Assembly (NCBI RefSeq): GCF_003057965.1
Contig: NZ_CP020921.1
Location: forward strand, 1 to 64,000
Direction: 5' to 3'
Origin: Thermodesulfobium acidiphilum
Lineage (GTDB): Bacteria; Thermodesulfobiota; Thermodesulfobiia; Thermodesulfobiales; Thermodesulfobiaceae
DNA length: 64,000 nt
A program made the position numbers and the translations under genes. The notes under the pieces were generated by a model. It did no database searches, was not told the origin of the DNA, and saw only the letters and a program-made list of their open reading frames with translations. Positions 42,666 through 52,564 of this stretch are shown piece by piece (position 1 is the stretch's first letter; every line of letters begins with the position of its first letter).

Positions 42666-42688
42666 AGTTAAGAAAAAATTAAAACACT

Positions 42689-42722
42689 TTTAGAAGGGGC
42701 TTTTCAAGAAGCCCTTTCTAAA
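42689..42722. terminator. Probable bidirectional terminator overlapping the ogt stop codon
   Basis: TTTAGAAGGGGCTT-TTCAAG-AAGCCCTTTCTAAA between convergent genes. Confidence 0.7.
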
Positions 42723-43189
42723 TTTAAAAGATATGATTTAATTATAAGGAATTCGCTGTTTTTACCAAAAAACCCACCCATATCCTTTTTTGAAACAACT
42801 CTATGACAGGGGACAATAATAGGAAGTACATTTTTTCGACAGGTACTTCCCACTGCTCTTGCGGCAGAAGGCATTTTGATTTCAATTGCAATATCAGAAT
42901 ATGTTTTAACATCTGCGTATTCTATGCATAATATTCTATCCCAAATTAATTTTTGAAATTCAGTGCCCAAAAGTTTAAATTTAATATTGAATTTTTTTCT
43001 TTTTCCGTTTAAATATTCAGCTAATTGTGTTATCTCGTCATTTAAAATTAAATCATTTCTTACTGGTCTAAACTTTTCAAAAAAATATAAAAAACTAGTA
43101 TCATTTAGAAAAACCCTTGTAATAAATTCGTCTTCTTTTATTAGATATATATTTGAATATTTGTATGGCAGGCAAGAAAAGCAAATCAT
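42704..43189 (-). CDS. ogt: Methylated-DNA--protein-cysteine methyltransferase
   Basis: GTEFQ..W, AARAVG, active-site PCHRV. Confidence 0.93.
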   Translation of the reverse strand: MICFSCLPYKYSNIYLIKEDEFITRVFLNDTSFLYFFEKFRPVRNDLILNDEITQLAEYLNGKRKKFNIKFKLLGTEFQKLIWDRILCIEYADVKTYSDIAIEIKMPSAARAVGSTCRKNVLPIIVPCHRVVSKKDMGGFFGKNSEFLIIKSYLLNLERAS

Positions 43190-43842
43190 TTGAGAAGTTT
43201 TATCAGTTTAATTTTGAAGCCAACCCTTTTGTCTGATTTTATTTTTGCTATAAACAAAACAGAGCTATCAGTTTTGTACATGAAATTTGCCCCCGATATA
43301 AAGGCAGCACCAGTGTTGTCTTCTATTACAGTATCTGATTTTGTGGTTAGAGCGCCCCAAATATCGCTTGTATTTGTTGGCCTTGCCCATCCAAGAAATC
43401 TAGCTTTTAGCCTGACAAATTTATTTGCAAATTTTTCTGGATTGTCATGTATATCTTTTATTGTTACCAAAGGTATGTCATCTGCTGGTGATATATAGAC
43501 ATCGTACGTAATGGGTTTTGAACTTTCTTTATTTGACTTAACAACTATCTTTGTGTTTGAGATCACGTCAGAAATTGTTTTGAAATAGTAGATTTTACTG
43601 GCAGACAAATTTTCTTCCCTTGTTAATTCTATGAGATTTTTATCGTAATCTATCGAAAAATTACTACTATCTTGTTCATTGATTCTAATTTCAAAGTATT
43701 CTCCTGGCAAAACAAGATTTATTTCCCCTTGCTTGAGTAAAAAATCGTTTTGAGATATGTTGCTGAAACTAAATTCTGCGTATGAAGTTCTTGTAAAAGC
43801 TAACAACGTTAAAATTAAAAAAATAAATACAAACCTTTTCAT
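43186..43842 (-). CDS. Exported hypothetical protein
   Basis: Signal peptide MKRFVFIFLILTLLAFTRTSYA, AAGGAGAGG RBS, stop overlaps ogt start. Confidence 0.75.
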   Translation of the reverse strand: MKRFVFIFLILTLLAFTRTSYAEFSFSNISQNDFLLKQGEINLVLPGEYFEIRINEQDSSNFSIDYDKNLIELTREENLSASKIYYFKTISDVISNTKIVVKSNKESSKPITYDVYISPADDIPLVTIKDIHDNPEKFANKFVRLKARFLGWARPTNTSDIWGALTTKSDTVIEDNTGAAFISGANFMYKTDSSVLFIAKIKSDKRVGFKIKLIKLLK

Positions 43843-43865
43843 AAATCCTCTCCTTAACGTTATAC

Positions 43866-44591
43866 TTAAGTAATTTTAAATTCTTTAGGTGCTGTCTCTT
43901 TCCAATTTGTATTACTGTAAATTATAACCTCAAGATCTGTTAATTTCTTGACATTTTTTTCAAAGCTAAACATTGAATCGTGACCTGGGACGAAGTTGAC
44001 TGCTATCCTTTTTGCTTTCTTTAGTGACTCTCTAAAGTCTTTTATGTCGCCGAAAACAAGAAGAGTATCCAACTCGTTGTAGAATTCTTTAATGTTTTTT
44101 ACGGCATCCCCTCCGATCAAAGTTTTCGTGCTTTCTAAAAGATATCCCATAGAGCCTGGAGTATGTCCTGGTAAATCTATCGCTATAATATCATCTAAAA
44201 CTCTTTCATTATTCCGTAAAAGAATTGGGTTTCTACTTAAAAGATAGCTTATCATAAATTTGGGCACATAAAGATCTGATACTTTTTCGAAAGTTGAATT
44301 TGTAAGATAGTTATACTCTCTCTCAGACAGGTAAATTTTAGCATTCTCAAAAAGTTCAATGTTTATTGCGTGATCAAAGTGGAAGTGAGTAAGAAATATC
44401 CCCTTTATCTCTGATAAACCAACGCCCAAATTTCCTAAAGAGTCTAAAAGTTCTTTTCTATCCCCATAACTTCCTGTATCAAAGAGAAAGTATCCTTCTG
44501 AAGTTGATATCAAAACTACATTACACCAACCGAGCCATCCCCTGTCTGATTTCAGGGGATATCCTTGCAATACAACTCTTAATCTATTCAT
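43866..44591 (-). CDS. Metallo-beta-lactamase-fold hydrolase (lactonase-like)
   Basis: FDTG, THFHFDH, PGHTPG, GDA, PGHD; ATG 44591 preferred. Confidence 0.88.
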   Translation of the reverse strand: MNRLRVVLQGYPLKSDRGWLGWCNVVLISTSEGYFLFDTGSYGDRKELLDSLGNLGVGLSEIKGIFLTHFHFDHAINIELFENAKIYLSEREYNYLTNSTFEKVSDLYVPKFMISYLLSRNPILLRNNERVLDDIIAIDLPGHTPGSMGYLLESTKTLIGGDAVKNIKEFYNELDTLLVFGDIKDFRESLKKAKRIAVNFVPGHDSMFSFEKNVKKLTDLEVIIYSNTNWKETAPKEFKIT

Positions 44592-44706
44592 TCTTTCCCC
44601 CAATATCTTTTCATCTTTTGTTTTAATATTTTAAACATATTATAGAGGAAATTTTCTCATAACAATATATAATCTTTAGAAAGTATTTTCAAAAACGAGG
44701 TGGAAG

Positions 44707-46299
44707 ATGTTTGACTTTCAAAGATATCCATATTCTTCAGAGAGACACGTATGTTTTGCGAAAAATGGAATGGTTCTTACTACTCAACCGCTTGCATCTC
44801 AGGCAGGTTTAACTGCTTTACAAAAAGGAGGCAATGCTGTTGACGCGGCCTTGGCTACAGCTGTTGCCCTTACTGTGGTTGAACCAACTTCATGCGGAAT
44901 TGGTGGAGACTGCTTTGCAATAGTCTGGAAGGATTCAAAACTTTATGCTCTAAATTCAAGTGGCTTTGCACCTTCAAATATAAACCTTGATCTCTTGATT
45001 AAAAAGGGTTTCAAAAAGATGCCTAGATTTGGTTTTGAACCTATCACTGTTCCAGGAGTGGTATGGGGGTGGAAAGAACTTTCCTCGAAGTTTGGAAAAT
45101 TAAAGCTGTCTGAAGTGTTTGCACCTGCGATAGATTTGGCGCTTTATGGATATCCTGTATCTGCGACAATTTCCAGGTTATGGGAAAACTTTTATAATGC
45201 CATTTCTTTACAAAGGGGCGATGAGTTTAAATACTGGTTTGAGAATTTTGCAAAGGATGGTCCTCCAAAGCCTGCTTCAATATTTAAAAATCAAAGCCTT
45301 GCTAAAACTCTGGAGGAATTGGCCCTAACTAACTGCAAGTCCTTTTATGATGGTAGGATAGCTGAAAAGATCGTTTCCTTTTTTAAAAAGTATAACGGCT
45401 ATATAACTGAGAATGATTTAAGGGATTTTAAAGGTGAATGGGTAGAGCCTTTAAAATTAAATTACTGTGGATATGATATTGTAGAGATGCCGCCTAACTC
45501 TCAAGGCATAGTTGTTCTTATGGCGCTAAATATCTTAAAGCACTTTGATATTTCAAGAAATAGTTTGTATTTTCACAGATGTATTGAATCAATAAAGCTC
45601 TCTTTCGAGGAAGCTCTCTCTTCTGTTGGAGATATTAAGGGTATGGAAAAAAATGTTTCAGAGCTTTTTAATGAGGAATATGGTCTCAGTAAAGCGAGGA
45701 CCATATCAGATGAGGCCTATTTACCAAAAATTCAAAGTACATATTGTGGTAATACTGTTTATCTTTGTACAGCTGATAAAGATGGAAATATGGTGAGCTA
45801 TATACAGAGCAACTACATGGGATTTGGTTCTGGAATAGTTATAGAGGATACTGCAATTGCAATGCACAATAGAGGATCAAATTTTGTGCTTGAAAGAAAA
45901 CATCCCAATTGTATAGCTCCAAAAAAAAGACCATATCACACGATTATTCCAGGTTTTATATTAAAAGACAATAATGCAATTGGGCCATTTGGGGTGATGG
46001 GTGCTTTTATGCAGCCGCAAGGCCATGTTCAGGTTCTTGTTAATATGATTAACTTTTTAGACAATCCTCAGGCTGCACTTGACGCACCAAGATTTCAATG
46101 GCTTGGGGGTAAAAAAGTACTTTTTGAAAACAAAATTGACAAAATTATAGTTGATGATCTTGCAAGAAGGGGGCACGATGTTGAAGTTACTTCAGATTCA
46201 ATAAATTTTGGCAGGGGGCAAATTATTATAAAGTTGGACAATAATGTTTTTGCAGGGGGGTCAGAACCAAGAGCCGATGGGTATCCTGCATGTTATTAG
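44707..46299 (+). CDS. ggt: Gamma-glutamyltransferase family protein
   Basis: GGNAVDAA, GIGGD, PPNSQG, nucleophile Thr in GNTVYL, KRPYHTIIP, MGAFMQPQG; no signal peptide. Confidence 0.93.
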   Translation: MFDFQRYPYSSERHVCFAKNGMVLTTQPLASQAGLTALQKGGNAVDAALATAVALTVVEPTSCGIGGDCFAIVWKDSKLYALNSSGFAPSNINLDLLIKKGFKKMPRFGFEPITVPGVVWGWKELSSKFGKLKLSEVFAPAIDLALYGYPVSATISRLWENFYNAISLQRGDEFKYWFENFAKDGPPKPASIFKNQSLAKTLEELALTNCKSFYDGRIAEKIVSFFKKYNGYITENDLRDFKGEWVEPLKLNYCGYDIVEMPPNSQGIVVLMALNILKHFDISRNSLYFHRCIESIKLSFEEALSSVGDIKGMEKNVSELFNEEYGLSKARTISDEAYLPKIQSTYCGNTVYLCTADKDGNMVSYIQSNYMGFGSGIVIEDTAIAMHNRGSNFVLERKHPNCIAPKKRPYHTIIPGFILKDNNAIGPFGVMGAFMQPQGHVQVLVNMINFLDNPQAALDAPRFQWLGGKKVLFENKIDKIIVDDLARRGHDVEVTSDSINFGRGQIIIKLDNNVFAGGSEPRADGYPACY

Positions 46300-48575
46300 A
46301 AATAGATAATATAAATCAAGTATTAGTTGTTGATCCGAATATTTTGATAAATGAGCTGAATGCAAAATTATCAGATGAGACGCTTGTTTTTTTGCCTACT
46401 CTTAATCAACTTTACTTACAGTTAAGAGTTATTGATCTGTTTCACTTAAAGCTACCCAATCCATCTCATCATCTTTATGGATCTATCTTTAATTTTGCAA
46501 TAGGCGCAACCTTTGAAACAAAATTTGGGAGAGAAATAAAGTTAGATAAAAAGGTATTAAAGTGTGTAAGTGGCTACGACTTTACAAGGTTTTTGTTAGG
46601 CTCTAAGGATTTAGCTTCTCCGAAAGAATTAATCCTAAGACTTCATCCAAAAAAGGAAAGGGTAATTTTTAATTTCTTTCTTGAAAATATTGCTCAGTTT
46701 ATAAATCTAGTTTATTTTTTAAAAAAATTAAAATGTGAACCTTTTTCTTTTTATTTAATCCGAAAAAAAGAACTTTCTGATAAGTTTAATGCATCAATTA
46801 TTGTAGAAAAAGAGTTTGAATACGATCTTAAAAACCAATTAAATCTTTTGAACTTAAACGTTCTGGAAAATAAAGATATTTTTAAGCTGGATTTTCCAGA
46901 TGAAGAAAGATTGATTAAAAAGATAAAATTAAGCAAAACAGATTTTATTAGCAAAACAAGACAAATTGAAAATATAGTAAAAGATTTAAACATTGGTTGC
47001 TGTGAGATTCTCTTTTTGCCTATAGGACTGTATTGTTTGATTTTTAAAACTATAAGCGATTTAGAAGATTTTGAGAGAGCTTTTTTGCAAAAGTTTCAAA
47101 TGGATAAAGTTTATTATTATGATTTTAATTCAAGCTATATAGTTAATACGTTGAAGACAAGAATTTTAAACACATTACAAAAAGATGATTTAAACATCAA
47201 TAATTTTAAAAATCAAGTTTCATATTCTGATTTCAAAAGAGATCTTGAAAAAGCTATAGGTAAGAAATATATTACCGACGATTTAGAGAATTTATACCTA
47301 TATTCTTATGATGCATCTTTTAGAAGTTCTCTGCCAGATGTTGTGGTTTTTGGAAAGAACAGTAAGCAAATATCTAAAATTTTAAATATTGCAGCTAAAT
47401 ATAATGTTCCTGTTACTTGTAGAGGAGCTGGTTCTAACCTTTCTGGTGGAAGTGTACCATTAAGAGGCGGCATTTCTCTCGTGTTAACACAAATGAATGA
47501 AATTATTGAGTTTGATTCAGAGAACTGTTTAGCTGTTGTAGAGCCTGGTGTGGTAACAAAAGAGCTTGCAGATTTAGCTTCTAGAAGCGAACTGTTTTAT
47601 CCACCAGATCCAGCAAGCAGCGCATGGTGTACTATTGGCGGTAACGTGTCCGAATGTGCAGGGGGTCCAATGTGTTTTAAATATGGCGTTACCAGAGATT
47701 ATGTTGAGTTTCTAGAAGTTGTTTTATCAGATGGAAGCATTATAAATATTGATGTGTTTCAAAATCCAGAAATTCTCTCTCTACTCATTGGTTCTGAAGG
47801 AACTCTTGGTATTTTTACAAAAGTAGGCCTAAGACTTTTAAGAAAACCCGAAGCAAGAGAAGTCTTTTTAATAGGTTTTAAAGGTCTTGAAGATGCTGCG
47901 ATTTGCATAAACGATATAATTAGCCTGGGTATAGTACCCAAAACTTTTGAAATAATGGATAGAACTGCTATAGAAATAGTAAAAGAGTATGTTTTTTTCG
48001 ATTTATCTAATGATATAAATGCACTTCTTATTCTTGAAGTTGATGGCACAAAGAAAGAGGTTGGATCTATTATTAGCACGCTTAAAAATCTTTTTACTTT
48101 GAAAAATTTTAACTTTTTTTTAGCAAAAGACAATAATGAAATGAACAAGATTTGGGATTTAAGAAGAGCTATATCTCCTGCCTGTGGAAAAATAGCTCCA
48201 ATAAAGATTTCAGAAGACGCAACTGTTCCGCGTTCAAAAATTGCCGACATGATTAAAGGGATAGATTCGATTGCAAAAAAATATTCTTTAAAAATAATAA
48301 TTTTTGGTCACGCTGGTGATGGGAATCTCCATCCAAATATACTTACCGATAAGAGAAATAAAGAGGAGATGAAGAGAGTGCAAGATGCTATAGGAGAGAT
48401 ATTTAAATTAGCAATTAATCTTGGCGGTACGCTTTCTGGGGAGCACGGGATTGGATATATGAAAGCACCTTATATTAAGCTAGAATTTGATAAAAATACT
48501 ATTGAACTTGCAAAGGCAATAAAATTTTCTTTCGATCCAAAAAATATTTTGAATCCTCAAAAGATTTTTCTCTAG
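46290..48575 (+). CDS. FAD-linked oxidase: degenerate GlcE-like N-half fused to GlcD-like C-half
   Basis: C-half RGAGSNLSGG, YPPDP, GSEGTLG, GHAGDGNLHP, SGEHGIG, NPQKIF; N-half KVLKCVSGYDFTRFLLGS. Confidence 0.82.
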   Translation: MLLEIDNINQVLVVDPNILINELNAKLSDETLVFLPTLNQLYLQLRVIDLFHLKLPNPSHHLYGSIFNFAIGATFETKFGREIKLDKKVLKCVSGYDFTRFLLGSKDLASPKELILRLHPKKERVIFNFFLENIAQFINLVYFLKKLKCEPFSFYLIRKKELSDKFNASIIVEKEFEYDLKNQLNLLNLNVLENKDIFKLDFPDEERLIKKIKLSKTDFISKTRQIENIVKDLNIGCCEILFLPIGLYCLIFKTISDLEDFERAFLQKFQMDKVYYYDFNSSYIVNTLKTRILNTLQKDDLNINNFKNQVSYSDFKRDLEKAIGKKYITDDLENLYLYSYDASFRSSLPDVVVFGKNSKQISKILNIAAKYNVPVTCRGAGSNLSGGSVPLRGGISLVLTQMNEIIEFDSENCLAVVEPGVVTKELADLASRSELFYPPDPASSAWCTIGGNVSECAGGPMCFKYGVTRDYVEFLEVVLSDGSIINIDVFQNPEILSLLIGSEGTLGIFTKVGLRLLRKPEAREVFLIGFKGLEDAAICINDIISLGIVPKTFEIMDRTAIEIVKEYVFFDLSNDINALLILEVDGTKKEVGSIISTLKNLFTLKNFNFFLAKDNNEMNKIWDLRRAISPACGKIAPIKISEDATVPRSKIADMIKGIDSIAKKYSLKIIIFGHAGDGNLHPNILTDKRNKEEMKRVQDAIGEIFKLAINLGGTLSGEHGIGYMKAPYIKLEFDKNTIELAKAIKFSFDPKNILNPQKIFL

Positions 48576-48584
48576 AAAAGTATC

Positions 48585-48637
48585 TTGACAAATCTTTAAT
48601 TTAATTTAATATTAATAATAAGAATTATTATTAATAT
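48585..48637 (+). promoter_or_regulatory. Promoter with overlapping Fur/PerR-like operator upstream of peroxiredoxin
   Basis: TTGACA 48585-48590; perfect inverted repeat ATATTAATAATAA-GAA-TTATTATTAATAT 48609-48637. Confidence 0.65.
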
Positions 48638-48652
48638 AGAGGAGGTAATTTT

Positions 48653-49291
48653 ATGACATTTCCACTTTTAGGAGAAAAGATAGAAAATAGAAAGGTTAAA
48701 ACTACTCATGGCTTAATCAATCTTCCTGATGATTATTCGGGGAAGTGGGTTGTTCTATTTAGCCATCCAGCTGATTTTACACCAGTATGCACTACTGAAT
48801 TTGTAGCTTTTCAAAAGAAGCTAGATGAGTTTAGGGCTTTGAATACACAATTAATTGGTCTTTCGATAGACCAAGTATTTTCTCACATCAAATGGATTGA
48901 ATGGATTAAAGAAAAACTTGGAGTAAATATTGAGTTTCCTATAATTGCAGATGATATGGGTGAAGTTGCAAAGTCTTTTGGAATGATACAACCTGCAAAG
49001 GGAACAAATACAGTTAGAGCAGTATTTGTAATCGACGATAAGGCTATATTAAGGCTGGTATTATATTATCCACAGGAATTGGGCAGAAATATTGATGAAA
49101 TTCTTAGAGCTGTAAAAGCCTTGCAGACTTCTGATAATAACAAAGTTGCAATTCCTGCAAATTGGCCCAATAGCGATCTGATAGGTTCTGATGTAATAAT
49201 TCCACCACCTTCTGACGTAAAGAGCGCTGCAGAAAGATCAAGCCAGGCTAATTGTTTTGATTGGTGGTTTTGTCACAAGAACATTAAGTAA
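48653..49291 (+). CDS. Peroxiredoxin (Prx6 subfamily)
   Basis: [15 protein letters not shown]-terminal CFDWWFC. Confidence 0.96.
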   Translation: MTFPLLGEKIENRKVKTTHGLINLPDDYSGKWVVLFSHPADFTPVCTTEFVAFQKKLDEFRALNTQLIGLSIDQVFSHIKWIEWIKEKLGVNIEFPIIADDMGEVAKSFGMIQPAKGTNTVRAVFVIDDKAILRLVLYYPQELGRNIDEILRAVKALQTSDNNKVAIPANWPNSDLIGSDVIIPPPSDVKSAAERSSQANCFDWWFCHKNIK

Positions 49292-49329
49292 AAATTTGTA
49301 ATTTTCAAATTTGATTTAATATAATAATG

Positions 49330-49369
49330 TGGCAGTCACAGCTATTAAGGTTTGTGGCTGCTATTTTTT
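49330..49369 (+). terminator. Intrinsic terminator after peroxiredoxin
   Basis: GGCAGTCACA...TGTGGCTGCT stem followed by T tract. Confidence 0.7.
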
Positions 49370-49442
49370 AAAAGTTATTTTTTTTCTTAAACTTTAAAAA
49401 AGCGATGTTTAATAAATTTTATTTATGTTAGTATAATTGATT

Positions 49443-50558
49443 ATGCAAAAAAGAATTGACTGGGTTGATAAAGCAAGATTTTACGGAATATTTTGGATAG
49501 CATTTGGACATACTACGTATTTTTCTCCCGAAATCTTAATTAAATATGCTTATTCGTTTCATTTAGCTCTTTTTTGGTTTATAGCGGGTTTTGTGTTTAA
49601 TCCAAAATTCAAAATGACCCCTGCCCAGGTTTTTTTAAGAAATATATACAGATATATTATTCCCTATTTCTTTTTTGGGGTTCTTATTTATATATACTCT
49701 TTGATCATCTTGACCTCACATAGACCGAATTTCTTTACATATTTCACAAATCTTTTAATAGTAAAAGAGAATCAGTTTACAACGCCTCTTTGGTTTTTGC
49801 CTGCATTGTTTTTTGTTTCTACTTTATATGATTATATCCTAAGGTTTTCAAAGGCAAAGTACATATTTTTTTCAATTTTTATATTTTGTATTCTTGTTGG
49901 ATTACAGGTAGAAGCAATAAGCTCGTCTTTAAAACTTTTTGAAGAAACTCAAGTTTTTTGGTTGGAGGCTGTTAGAAGCTACTTAGTTCTATTCTTTTGG
50001 GGAGTTACTGCTGGCTTTTTATGGTTCGGTTTTGGATATTTTTTCAAAAGCTCTAAGTTTTTTAATACCCTGTTAAATAACTTTTTGAAGATAAAAAGAT
50101 ATAAAATATTATTTCTCTTTCTACTTCTCACGATAAATATCGCTCTTTTTTTATTATTTGATGAATTTGATATATTTAATGGCTCATTCCTCTCTGGTTT
50201 TTTGGGATATATAGTAACTTTTAGCGGAATTTTTTTCTGGCTTTATGTTTCAAATATTACAAAGAACAATAAATTTATGCTTTATCTGGGGAAAAATACG
50301 TTGACGATATTTACAATCCATGAGGCAATATTTTATTTTTTCCAAAGGGTTAATGAGTTTTTTTTCTATCACTTTGGTTTCCCAGATTTATTCATAACCA
50401 GGAAAAAACTCTTTGTGGAACAATGTATTAGCGGCTTTAGTTTGACAACTATTTCACTCATCTTCTCTATTTTTATAATATTATTACTCAACAAATATTG
50501 CTATATATTTTTAGGAAAAATGCCAGGTCAAAAAGTGTTTATGAATAAACACAATTAA
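49443..50558 (+). CDS. Acyltransferase family 3 (membrane O-acyltransferase)
   Basis: RIDWVD..R, GH, YSFH..F..G, LWFLPALF, LGKNTLTIF..H; very hydrophobic. Confidence 0.88.
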   Translation: MQKRIDWVDKARFYGIFWIAFGHTTYFSPEILIKYAYSFHLALFWFIAGFVFNPKFKMTPAQVFLRNIYRYIIPYFFFGVLIYIYSLIILTSHRPNFFTYFTNLLIVKENQFTTPLWFLPALFFVSTLYDYILRFSKAKYIFFSIFIFCILVGLQVEAISSSLKLFEETQVFWLEAVRSYLVLFFWGVTAGFLWFGFGYFFKSSKFFNTLLNNFLKIKRYKILFLFLLLTINIALFLLFDEFDIFNGSFLSGFLGYIVTFSGIFFWLYVSNITKNNKFMLYLGKNTLTIFTIHEAIFYFFQRVNEFFFYHFGFPDLFITRKKLFVEQCISGFSLTTISLIFSIFIILLLNKYCYIFLGKMPGQKVFMNKHN

Positions 50559-50602
50559 TAATTGTGCTTTATAATAGATAAGAAAAAGTTAAAGGGGTTT
50601 AT

Positions 50603-51685
50603 ATGAAGAGAGCAAAAGCCTTAATATTAAGCGGGGGTAAAGGTACAAGACTTAGGCCCTTTACCTATACTTTTACGAAGCAATTAATACCTGTAGCCAA
50701 CAGACCTATACTCTATTTTGTTATAGATGATATATTGCAGGCTGGTATAGAAGATATTGGCATTATAATAGCTCCTGAAACGGGAGAAGAGGTGAAGAAG
50801 GTGCTTTCGGAGTATACTTTTGCAGATAAAAGGGTGAAATTTAATTTTATCCTACAAGAAAAACCTCTTGGTTTAGCACATGCAGTAAAAACTGCTCAAG
50901 ATTTTTTAAAAGATAGTCCTTTTGTAATGTTTTTAGGGGATAACCTTATAGAAAATGGTATTAGTACTTATGTTGACAGATTCTTTACTGAAGAGCTTGA
51001 CGCTTTAATATTTCTCAAAGAAGTAGATGACCCCACAAGATTTGGGGTGGCCGTTTTAGACGATGCTGGTAATGTAAAAAAGCTAATAGAAAAACCTAAA
51101 AATCCTCCCTCGAATCTTGCTCTTGTAGGTGTGTATATTTTTTCAAACAAGATTCACGACGCTATAAAGCTTATAAAACCATCCTGGAGAAACGAGCTTG
51201 AGATTACAGATGCGATAGACACGATGGTTTCGAAAAAGAATTCTGTAAAAGCCCAAGTATTAAAAGGGTGGTGGTTGGACACTGGGAAAAAAGATGAAAT
51301 TTTAGAGGCAAATAGGGTAGTTTTGGACGAGAGAATAAAGAGGGAAATTTTTGGAGATGTTGTTGATTCTAAAATTATCGGTAGGGTAAGAGTTGCAAAT
51401 TCTGCAAGAATTGAGAGGAGTGAAATAAGAGGTCCGGCTGTTATTGGTAAAGAAGCGGTTATAATCGACTCATTTATTGGACCATATACTAGTATTGGTG
51501 ACAGATGCTATATTGAAAAAAGTGAGATCGAACATTCTGTAGTTCTTGAAGAAAGCAGGATTTTTGCAGCGGCCAGGATAGATACCTCATTGATAGGCAG
51601 AAGGGCACAAATAACAAAAAAGCAGGATTTGGTTAAAGCATATAAGTTTTTTATAGGTGATGATGCTCAGGTTGAGGTATATTAA
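50603..51685 (+). CDS. rmlA: Glucose-1-phosphate thymidylyltransferase (long form)
   Basis: GGKGTRLRP..KQL, PLGLAHA, LGDN, EKP, ELEITDA, WWLDTG. Confidence 0.92.
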   Translation: MKRAKALILSGGKGTRLRPFTYTFTKQLIPVANRPILYFVIDDILQAGIEDIGIIIAPETGEEVKKVLSEYTFADKRVKFNFILQEKPLGLAHAVKTAQDFLKDSPFVMFLGDNLIENGISTYVDRFFTEELDALIFLKEVDDPTRFGVAVLDDAGNVKKLIEKPKNPPSNLALVGVYIFSNKIHDAIKLIKPSWRNELEITDAIDTMVSKKNSVKAQVLKGWWLDTGKKDEILEANRVVLDERIKREIFGDVVDSKIIGRVRVANSARIERSEIRGPAVIGKEAVIIDSFIGPYTSIGDRCYIEKSEIEHSVVLEESRIFAAARIDTSLIGRRAQITKKQDLVKAYKFFIGDDAQVEVY

Positions 51686-52518
51686 TGAAAGCAATCTTGT
51701 TAGGTTCAAATGGCCAATTAGCAAAGGAATTTGTAAATAACTCATCAAATTTTAATCTTGAATTGATATCTTTTAGTAAAGATAAGCTGGATATAACTAA
51801 TTTTTTTGAGTTAAAAGAGGCGATAAAAAGATACATGCCAGATGTAGTTTTGAATTGTGCTGCTTATAATTATGTGGATAAAGCTGAATCTGATTGGCAA
51901 GCAGCTTACAGGGTTAATGCGCTTGGCCCAAGAAATCTTGCTGTGCTTTCAAATGAATTCAATTACACTCTTGTTCACTTTAGTTCTGATTACGTTTTCG
52001 ACGGGACTAGCAGTAAACCATATTTAATATATGATGAGCCAAATCCTATTTCAATTTATGGAAGATCAAAGCTTTCAGGAGAAAGAGAAGTTTCTTCTTT
52101 GTGTTCGAAATATTATATTATTAGAACCAGTTGGGTATTTGGAGACGGGCCTAACTCTTTCCCGAAAAAACTAATTGAATGGTCTAAGGGCAAAGATAAT
52201 CTAAAAGTGGTATGTGATCAATTTTCAAGTCCAACTAGTGCAAGATATTTAGCTTCTAAAACTATGTTTGTTGTTGGAAATATGCCATATGGTACCTATC
52301 ACATTACTAATTCTGGATACTGTTCAAGGTTTGAATGGGCTAAATTTATCTTTAACTTTTTAAAAATAGACATAGAGATTGTTCCTGTAAGTTCAGATGA
52401 ATTTATGGCACCTGCTAAAAGGCCTCTCTTTTCTGTTTTGGACAACTTTCCTCTTAGTAGTGATGAAGATTGGAAAGATTCTACTATTAATTATCTTTCA
52501 ACGAGCTTTCAATTGTGA
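51685..52518 (+). CDS. rmlD: dTDP-4-dehydrorhamnose reductase
   Basis: GSNGQL, NCAAY..VDKAE, SDYVFDG, YGRSK, RTSWVF. Confidence 0.95.
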   Translation: MKAILLGSNGQLAKEFVNNSSNFNLELISFSKDKLDITNFFELKEAIKRYMPDVVLNCAAYNYVDKAESDWQAAYRVNALGPRNLAVLSNEFNYTLVHFSSDYVFDGTSSKPYLIYDEPNPISIYGRSKLSGEREVSSLCSKYYIIRTSWVFGDGPNSFPKKLIEWSKGKDNLKVVCDQFSSPTSARYLASKTMFVVGNMPYGTYHITNSGYCSRFEWAKFIFNFLKIDIEIVPVSSDEFMAPAKRPLFSVLDNFPLSSDEDWKDSTINYLSTSFQL

Positions 52519-52564
52519 TATGATAATTTTATTGTTTTACAAATTTATTGAGAGGGGAGAAAAT

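Noticed and set aside
52397..52564. ORF-track N-terminal extension of bamA overlapping rmlD
   Set aside because: RBS and signal peptide point to ATG 52565; similar over-extensions trimmed for groES, skp, lpxA, cheD, kdsD, kdsC and cfa
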